Below, one piece after another: positions 57,183-64,000 of a stretch of DNA of 64,000 nt. The stretch spans positions 814,637 to 878,636 of the forward strand of contig CAWDDT010000004.1 of NCBI GenBank assembly GCA_963801165.1. The letters run 5' to 3'. Each line of letters starts with the position of its first letter. Position 1 is the first letter of the stretch. The translations under genes were made by a program, and so were the position numbers. The DNA is from an uncultured bacterium. Its GTDB lineage: Bacteria > Actinomycetota > Acidimicrobiia > Spongiisociales > UBA5794. The notes below the pieces were generated by a model. That model saw only the letters and a program-made list of their open reading frames with translations. It was not told the DNA's origin and ran no database searches.

Positions 57183-57731
57183 TTAGTCGAGCAAATCTGC
57201 GGGATCGAAGGTGACTTCGGTCGGCCGACGTCGAGCGTCGCCTTGGTGCCGGGGCCGTGTCTGCCTTGTTCGACGAGGATGCCGCCGGCGAGCTTGTAGA
57301 CGATGATCTCGGGGCCGTCGGGATCGATGATCCAGTAGCGCTCCACCCCGGCCGCCGCATACTTGGTCGGCTTTGCGGATGATGTCGCGGGCCGGATCCG
57401 AGGAGAGGATCTCGACAACGAGATGTGGTGCCGGGCCGTTAGCCGCTTCTGCTCCTCGGAAGCGGCGAGACACCATTACGTCGGGTATGAACTCGTCGTT
57501 TCCGGGCTTCCATGCCCAGTTCTCCACCACCTCGGCGTCGCCGGGCAGCACCGCCTCGATCAGGATGATGGCAAGCCGCCTGGCGAGATCCTCTGGTGGT
57601 CGAGCGTCGGCGATGGGCTCATGACGAGGCTTCCCGTCGATGTACTCCCCACGGACGTCGGGGCCGAGCGCTTCGTATTCGTCCCAGGACATCGGGATCC
57701 GGTCGCCGGGCTGCATGGTCTCTGTTGCCAT
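57183..57731 (-). CDS. Uma2 family endonuclease, copy 9 (multiple indels)
   Basis: Same termini; several small frameshifts. Confidence 0.8.
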   Translation of the reverse strand: MATETMQPGDRIPMSWDEYEALGPDVRGEYIDGKPRHEPIADARPPEDLARRLAIILIEAVLPGDAEVVENWAWKPGNDEFIPDVMVSRRFRGAEAANGPAPHLVVEILSSDPARDIIRKADQVCGGRGGALLDHRSRRPRDHRLQARRRHPRRTRQTRPRHQGDARRRPTEVTFDPADLLD

Positions 57732-57833
57732 GTCATGCACGATATACCTCCTTGCCGTCCGGTGCGGTGGCCTCACGAACCACGATCGCAGACGGGTGTG
57801 ACACGACTTGGTCGAAGCTGGGGGATCCGCCGA

Positions 57834-57960
57834 TCATGCCTGCGCCAGTCGTAACGGCAGGATCCGGGCCATGTCAGCGGAGATCTGGTCGGCAGCGACG
57901 AGTTCGGCTCCGGTGCGTATAGCGATGCTGGCGACCACGCAGTCGATCAGATCCGGGGGT
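57834..57960 (-). pseudogene. vapC C-terminal remnant
   Basis: LIDCVVASIAIRTGAELVAAD..ADMARILPL parallels the C-terminus of 56491..56892. Confidence 0.8.
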
Positions 57961-58083
57961 GTGCGGCTCTCGAACGGCAGCGATATCCGCGCTGGTTGCC
58001 CAGATGGGTCAGCGCTGCCGACGTCGGGTTGCCCGCACCATTCTCGATGCGGCTTGTCCGGCGAGTGTGACAGGTCGCCGGGT

Positions 58084-58536
58084 TCAGGCGACACCGGGCC
58101 GTTCCGCCCGCTCGGCGCTGCCATCTTCGACGTACGTGCGCAGCGCAGCGTTCATCAGCTCGTAGCCTTCCTGGATCGAGTCGAGGTGGGCGAAACGGAC
58201 CGCCAGCCCGGTGAACTCCTCGCTGTGGATGAGCCGGGTTCCGCCGTCGACGGGTTCGAGCACGAACCGGTGCTCACCACGGAAGACACCCGTGATGCCG
58301 CCGCCCCAGGTGAGCTCCCGGCCGGGCTCGACACGAATGACCCGGGGCTTGATCGTCAGGCTGTCACCGTTTGGCTTGCTGATGTCGACGACGAGCTTCC
58401 GCCCCGGGATCAGCTCACCGGCGACCCGCTCGTGATACGGGTTCCAGGCGGGATAGCCGGCTACGTCGCTGAGGACGCTCCAGACGGTGGCAGTATCGGC
58501 GGCGATTGTTGTCTCGGTGTGGATGGCGAGTTTCAT
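58084..58536 (-). CDS. SRPBCC / polyketide cyclase-like protein
   Basis: I.A....VWSVL.D...YPAWNP, RELTW.G, GEHRF.LE, HSEEFTG, MNAAL; GGAGG RBS. Confidence 0.88.
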   Translation of the reverse strand: MKLAIHTETTIAADTATVWSVLSDVAGYPAWNPYHERVAGELIPGRKLVVDISKPNGDSLTIKPRVIRVEPGRELTWGGGITGVFRGEHRFVLEPVDGGTRLIHSEEFTGLAVRFAHLDSIQEGYELMNAALRTYVEDGSAERAERPGVA

Positions 58537-58861
58537 CGGGCACCTCCGGTGTGGGCTCGGCGCAGACGGCGCCGGGTGAGAAACGATGCTGGATACACGA
58601 TGGCTGCGAGCACTGCCGCCGGTTCTAGGACCAGCAGGACCATTCCCAGCAGCATCGCCGTCACGCTGCCGAGACCGTCCTGGAAGCAACCGAGCGGCTT
58701 GGGCGGGTTCGTGGCGGGGGTTAGGAAGGCCCGACTGTCTCGGTCGGTGGGACGCTTGCTTTACGGTCGTTCGACGAGCCGGGCCGGGAAGTACAGCGGC
58801 TTCGGACGGTAGGAGCAGGAGGGTTGGCATCGGGGCTGCAGACCAGTCTTGACGTTCCCAC

Positions 58862-59390
58862 TCACCGATGATCTCGCCCGAGCCGGACAAGGTTCCTCGA
58901 ACACGCTGTATTCGGGCCACTCACCGGTGTCGAGATGAAGACCCGGGTGAAGGTGAACCACAGCGTGTCTCCGTTGAGCATGAACTCGGTTCCGTACTCG
59001 GTGGTGTCTTCGAGGATCTCGACGGTTCCCGTCTCGGCGCCGATGAACGGATGGTGAAGCCCTTTGTTCGACGCCCTGGAGTTGGTCCAATACATGTCCC
59101 AGGTACCGGCGAGCGGTCCAGCTGCCGCCTCTGTTCCGTCGGGGTCCTTCGGGTTGTAGAGGACGGCAAAGGCGATCGTGACGATGATGAGCAGCCCGAT
59201 AGAGCGATCATCCAGGTCGAGAGAGGCCGCTTCTTTTTGGCTTCGACCGAGCGAACGTCGAAGTCGGTCGAGGTCCGAGATCAGGTCCCGGGCGTGACCG
59301 TCGAGAGCTTCCGCCTCCTTGTCTGGCCGCCCGCCGGGTTCCTCGTCCGCCACCTGCCGCTCCGAAGTTGCCGCATACCCATGCGTCACG
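58862..59390 (-). CDS. Hypothetical membrane protein (frameshifted or decayed)
   Basis: TM IGLLIIVTIAFAVLY followed by LAGTWDMYW; boundaries unclear. Confidence 0.35.
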
Positions 59391-59572
59391 CGACTGGTTG
59401 TCTGGTGGCAAAGCCCGGGCGGCGCGTCGAACGGACCGAGGTCGGAATGCGGGCCAGGATTGTTGCGGCGATTCTCGACAACCGCAGTCTTGCCGCCGAG
59501 CCCCGGCTCACCCTCGTGCAGTCGTTGGCATGACACCCAGCTGTGCAATGATGCTGCTGTTGAGGAGGACAC

Positions 59573-59995
59573 TTGGCTTCGGTTTGCGGGATGGGGTACG
59601 AAGGGCGGTCTGTCGATGATCTGATCGACACTGACGTCGACGCGGGCATAACTGTGCTCGTTGATGTCCGGTTGAACGCCATCAGTCGAAAGCCTGGGTT
59701 TCCAAGAAAGGCTTGGCGAGCCGGCTCAGTCGAGGCGGGTATTCGCTACGAACACATACCGGCTCTCGGGACCCGAAGGACAATCGACAGGGCTTCCGCG
59801 ACGGCGATGCAGCGGCGCATCGCCGGTACAACGAGATACTGAGCAATGGTTCCAGTTCCGAGTGGATCGGGTCATCGCTCTTGCGTCCAGCGAATCAGTT
59901 GCGCTGCTTTGCTTCGAGCGCGATGCGGGCCAATGCCATCGTTCCGCAGTCATGAAGGAGATGGGTCGGCGGCAGCCATCCCTAACATGCGAGAG
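59573..59995 (+). CDS. DUF488 domain protein (frameshifted)
   Basis: GYEGRSVDD...LVDVRLNAISRKPGF, GIRYEHIPALG, out-of-frame ALLCFERD...CHRS; GAGGAGG RBS. Confidence 0.8.
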
Positions 59996-60792
59996 CTCTC
60001 AGCCGCGACCTTCGGAGGCCAGAACACGCCAAGCAGCACGAACTGTGTCGGGAATCTGCGCAGGTTGCCGACGAAGAACGAGACTTCCCTGGATTTGTCG
60101 AAGATCTCCCCGAGCCATTTCGTGCGGATCGCCTCGCCAGGGTCGGCGTACTCGTGACGCCATTTGCGCCAAGCCTGATTGATCTCCCAGTCGATGATCT
60201 TCAGCCGGCGAGGTTCCTTCTCGTCCTGGTACTGGACTAGGTAGTAGAAATCGACCGGCATGGGCTCGAGCGGAGTTGCCGGGTCGCCGATGTCGAAGAG
60301 GCTGCCCTGGCTCATCTGTTGCAACGCCTTGCGGGAGAGTTCGTCGATTTCCTTCTGTGGTTTCCTGGTGATCTCCAGGTCGAGTACCCGCCCCGGGTCG
60401 ACAACGGCGAGCGAAAGACCCGATGCATTCTGTTCTGCCAGAACCTCATGCATCGTTTCGAATCGACGGAGCGGATCAACCACGGCTCGTCTACTCGCCC
60501 AACTGTGCTTGGTGTCGAGATTCCCGACGACCTTGATCGATTCGAGATCCGGCTTGAGTGATTCAGGGCGTTGGTCGGTTGGTTTGCGCTGTGTCCGAAG
60601 CTCGATTTCGTCCCACTTGTGCACCCACGTCCGTTCGCCGGTAGTCCTTCCCCGAAAGGGATAGAGCCGGACCCAGGACGGAGACATCACCGAGTCCGTT
60701 CTGATCCCAGCGACGCAGACGGTTTCACCGTGCTTCTGGGATATGGCCGGGTAGGCCACAACGCTGACGGCAAGTCGGATTGTCTCCCACAT
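59950..60792 (-). CDS. Conserved hypothetical protein (YP.IS.K.GETVCVAG...WVRLYP...D.RPES)
   Basis: Intact 280-aa ORF convergent with DUF488; apparently leaderless. Confidence 0.75.
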   Translation of the reverse strand: MWETIRLAVSVVAYPAISQKHGETVCVAGIRTDSVMSPSWVRLYPFRGRTTGERTWVHKWDEIELRTQRKPTDQRPESLKPDLESIKVVGNLDTKHSWASRRAVVDPLRRFETMHEVLAEQNASGLSLAVVDPGRVLDLEITRKPQKEIDELSRKALQQMSQGSLFDIGDPATPLEPMPVDFYYLVQYQDEKEPRRLKIIDWEINQAWRKWRHEYADPGEAIRTKWLGEIFDKSREVSFFVGNLRRFPTQFVLLGVFWPPKVAAESSRMLGMAAADPSPS

Positions 60793-60798
60793 GTTTTC

Positions 60799-60820
60799 AG
60801 TATGCCGGAGAGGTATGACA
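60799..60820 (-). promoter_or_regulatory. TGTCAT-N10-CATACT motif 6 nt before ATG 60792
   Basis: PafBC-like spacing and leaderless geometry. Confidence 0.5.
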
Positions 60821-60844
60821 GGAACTCGGCTTACAGAGTGCGAC

Positions 60845-61108
60845 ATGGGCCGGAGGGGGCTTGTCACGACGGTTGCTGCGCTGACAGCGCTGCTTGTGGG
60901 CGTGCTCGCCGTTGTCGTCATTGCACCGGCGGCCGACGCACACCCAGGTGGGACCGACGGCAACGGATGTCACACGTGCCGAACCAATTGCACGGAGAAG
61001 TGGGGCGGTGGAACGCTCGGTGTAAAGGGCGTCCGGGCCTCGAGATTGACTTGGGCCGAGCGTGACGCCAGCGACCGGTGGCGCTTCTCAGGCTCTCGTG
61101 GACGATGA
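60845..61108 (+). pseudogene. Truncated secreted YHYH-type protein (N-terminal stub)
   Basis: Signal peptide plus AHPGGTDGNGCHTCRTNC..WG; similarity is lost afterwards. Confidence 0.55.
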
Positions 61109-61212
61109 TCTTGCGGGTCGAAGGTCAGCGCCGTGCTCGCCGGGAGGCCCTTCCATGACATCCGCCGTCTGGCGTAGCGACCTAGGCGACCTTGGGGGAA
61201 TACGAAGCGAAC

Positions 61213-64000
61213 TCATCGCGGGAGCGGTCGAACCCGGTCGCCCGAAAGTTCGAGCCGACCCTCTTGGACTGCCCACGAGAGTGTTTTCTCTAGTCGCTCT
61301 CGGTTTGCTGCTGACAGCCGACCGATCCCGAACACTGCTTTGACGTGCTCGATGAGTTCCTCGACAGCAATCGAGCCGCCACGCTTCGCATAGTCAACCA
61401 TGGCGTTGCTGATCTCCTCTGGAGCTACCTCATCGAGGGATCTGTCGGTTGAGTTCTCATCCCGTCGATATTGACCCCATGACTCGGGATCGAGCCGGTC
61501 CGGCCAGACAAACGTGCCAAGGGATCCACGCCGGATCTTCTGCCGCGGTACGAGCCGCATCAACGACCTAAGTCGCTCACTACGTACCCGCTTCAGGTCG
61601 AAGCAACGCGCTGCCGTCTTGCACAGTCGCTCGATCTCAACTGGTCCCTCGGCATCGATGATCTCTTCGATGGTTGCGATAACCACGGTGCGGTTCCGGC
61701 CGATGTCGATGTTGTCGAGGGTTTCGCGAGGGCCGCGAAATACCTCCGGGAACGGCGTGAATCGGAGGTCGTGCGCCGAATTCGGTGGTGTATCGGGCAC
61801 ATCGTGCGGTGGCGGCGCGTCCTGAGTTGAGGGCGTGGTGGTACCTCCCAACGGAGCGGGGACATCTCGTTCAGGGTTCTCCTCCGTGTGATGGGTCGGC
61901 GTTTCGGTGATCGGCAGTGGTTCTGTCTCCGGCGGCGATGGCGCAGGTGGGGGATCAGTGTTCACGAGATTCACGAGTTCGCTAACGATCCGGTCGCGTT
62001 CGTCGAGCCAGCTTGGGAGCCAAACCCGCAGAACTGCCTGCCAACGGCGCACCTTGTCCAGAATCGTGATCGGGAGAATCTCTCGTTCGTAGGTTGATTT
62101 GGCTTCGGCCCAGGTCGGTCCGTCGAGCAGGACGGCGACACGCCATCCGTCCTCGCCAGCTCGGCCAAGCGCCAGGTCAACCTTGAATCGAGATGATCCC
62201 AATCCGTTCACCGACCCGAATGCCTTCGGCTCTGAGCGCCTCTGAGATGTCGGCGAGGTGGTAGTCGATCGACGTTGACGCGTGCGATTTGAGCTCGCCG
62301 CTGTGTTCAACGCCGTCTCGGGCGATTTCAAGGAATTGGCGGAGTAGCCGTATGCCGAGCGACGATGTTTCGCGAACGACGAGATCCTCGGGGTCGAATG
62401 AGCAGAAGACCACCATCTCTTTGCGGGCGCGACTGACGGCAACGTTCAGTCGACGTTCACCGCCCCTGCGATTCAAAGGCCCGAATTGCAGGGGCACCCT
62501 GCGAGCAGCAGCTGAGGCATCGGCGGGATCATGTTCCTTCGCTGAGAAGGCGACGGAGAAGAGCACAACGTCGGCCTCGTCGCCCTGAACAGTTTCGAGA
62601 TTGCGGATCTTGAGCTGTGGCTCGATGGAGTTCGTGTCTGCCGACTGCCGACGCTCATCGAGCAGCAATCCCACATCCGGTCCTCCTCGCTGCTCGAGCA
62701 TGTCGTGTACGAGGCGCATCTGTGGGGCGTTGAACGTGACGATGCAGATGCTCTCATCGTGTGTGCGAGGATTCGCAAGGCGGTCAAGGACTTCTGTGAC
62801 GATGGCATCAGCCTCCGCCGGGTTCGTATTGAGATACTCCTTGCCCGGCGCGGGCCGAGAGGTGCGACGGAGATACTGGCCCTGTATCCGTCTAAACCCG
62901 ATAGCTGCACCTTCACGATGCGGCGATGGGAAAGTGATCAGGCTCGATTCGTAGAAGGCTCGGTTGCTGAATGCGATGAGCGATTCGTCGCGGCTTCGGT
63001 AGTGCCGAGAGAGCGTCAACTCGGCGAGATTGGACTCGTTGCACTCATCGAGGATGCTCTCCATGTCTTCTGCGACGTAGAACTCCTCATCCTCAGCTTC
63101 CGAGTCGTCATCGAATGTCGGGGCCGTCGCCCCACCGAATTGGGACGGAGGCATCTGCTTGGTGTCGCCTGACGATGACTGCAGCCTTCCCGCGCCCAAT
63201 ACGCCGATGGCTTGAGCGACTTTCATCTCGGACGCCTCGTCGAAGACGACAAGGTCAAAGGTCATAGATCCCGGGGGAAGGTAGGTGGCGACAGAGTCGG
63301 GACTCATGAGAAAACACGGGTGTGAGCTCGACGAGGCGATCCCCATACTTCGACACGAGACCGCGCATCGGCAACCGACGCCGTCTCTTGGTCAGTTCTC
63401 GCTCGAGCTCACCGTATTCGCCGATGCGCTCGCCAGGGCGGAAAGACCGGTGTTCGACGAGTTCGCCGGGATGAGGGTCCGGATCATTTGCCGACGGGCT
63501 GAGGCGAGGGCGCCGAAGTCCTTGACCGTGTCGTCCTGCTCGAGTCCGTCGAACCGGTCGATCGCCGGTGCCGACTTCGAGCCGCTTCCCGGAGGCGACG
63601 TCAGGAGCCCCACGTTGGGCTGCGTCCGGCGCATCCGAGAGCGAGACGCGCCCGGCCAAGACGTCGTCAACCAATTGGCCGAGTCCTGCCTTTCGGACCG
63701 GCTCGAGCGTAGATGAAAGCCTTGCCCACCTCTGAAGTTCGAGAAAGCGGTCGTCTGCGGAATCGGCCACGAGCTCGCGAAAGATCGCCTCCTGCCACGC
63801 AGCCGCGAGGCTTCGATTGCCGGCCCAACGCAAGACCCCTTGGTTGCTTCATTCCACAAGGTTCGCTAAAGCGGCCGAAGCATTACTCGCCCGACGAATT
63901 GACGCCCTCGTCAGCTGATCGGGCGATCCCCGTGCGACAGAGTGTCGACATAACGCGGAGAGCGGTGACAAGGCAGCAGGTGGAGCCGCTGAAGGGTATC
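61213..64000 (-). CDS. SF1 helicase + Vsr-like nuclease + DUF3320 protein (Hhe-like), 5'-partial and frameshifted
   Basis: PCFLMSPDSVA, FDLVVFDEASE, GD.KQMPP, HYRSRDESLIAFSN, NLETVQGDE, FGPLN..GGERRLNVAVSRA, G.S.FKVDLA, I..EGPV motifs. Confidence 0.85.

Noticed and set aside
32563-57731. Diversity-generating retroelement driving Uma2 variation
   Set aside because: No reverse transcriptase in the window; differences are block-wise and not restricted to adenines.
44461-58600. Classical integron or IS-bounded transposon
   Set aside because: No tyrosine integrase, transposase or recognisable attC sites; cargo genes occur in both orientations.
1-64000. Numerous frameshifts as programmed frameshifting or mass pseudogenisation
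   Set aside because: They are single-base indels scattered across unrelated genes, often in short homopolymers, with otherwise intact motifs; most consistent with uncorrected long-read errors.

Overview
High-GC actinobacterial DNA, most likely Acidimicrobiia (DUF3039, F420-dependent nitroreductase, 'GCNPP' SLH-like surface proteins). Many single-base frameshifts look like long-read indel errors. The left half (1-32.4 kb) holds transport, signalling and cell-surface genes, including a membrane-anchored CHAT protease. The right half (32.5-64 kb) is a DNA-processing/defence-like region: recC-recB-recD, four toxin-antitoxin modules, DUF488 and a Hhe-like helicase-nuclease. Three things stand out. 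(1) Nine same-strand Uma2 (DUF820) PD-(D/E)xK nuclease copies (six near full length, three remnants) have near-invariant ends and a conserved leaderless promoter, but a mosaic, apparently shuffled core of about 65 aa; TA modules and other cargo lie between them. (2) All three RecBCD subunit genes carry arrays of REP-like palindromic elements; unit lengths in recC and recD are multiples of 3, and the recB and recD flanks show a local A/C-ending synonymous codon skew. (3) A recurrent TGTCA(C/T)-N10-nAnnnT motif resembling the PafBC/RecA-NDp DNA-damage promoter precedes several of these genes. No rRNA, tRNA, CRISPR array, integrase, transposase or reverse transcriptase was recognised. All family assignments come from reading motifs by eye, not from database searches.
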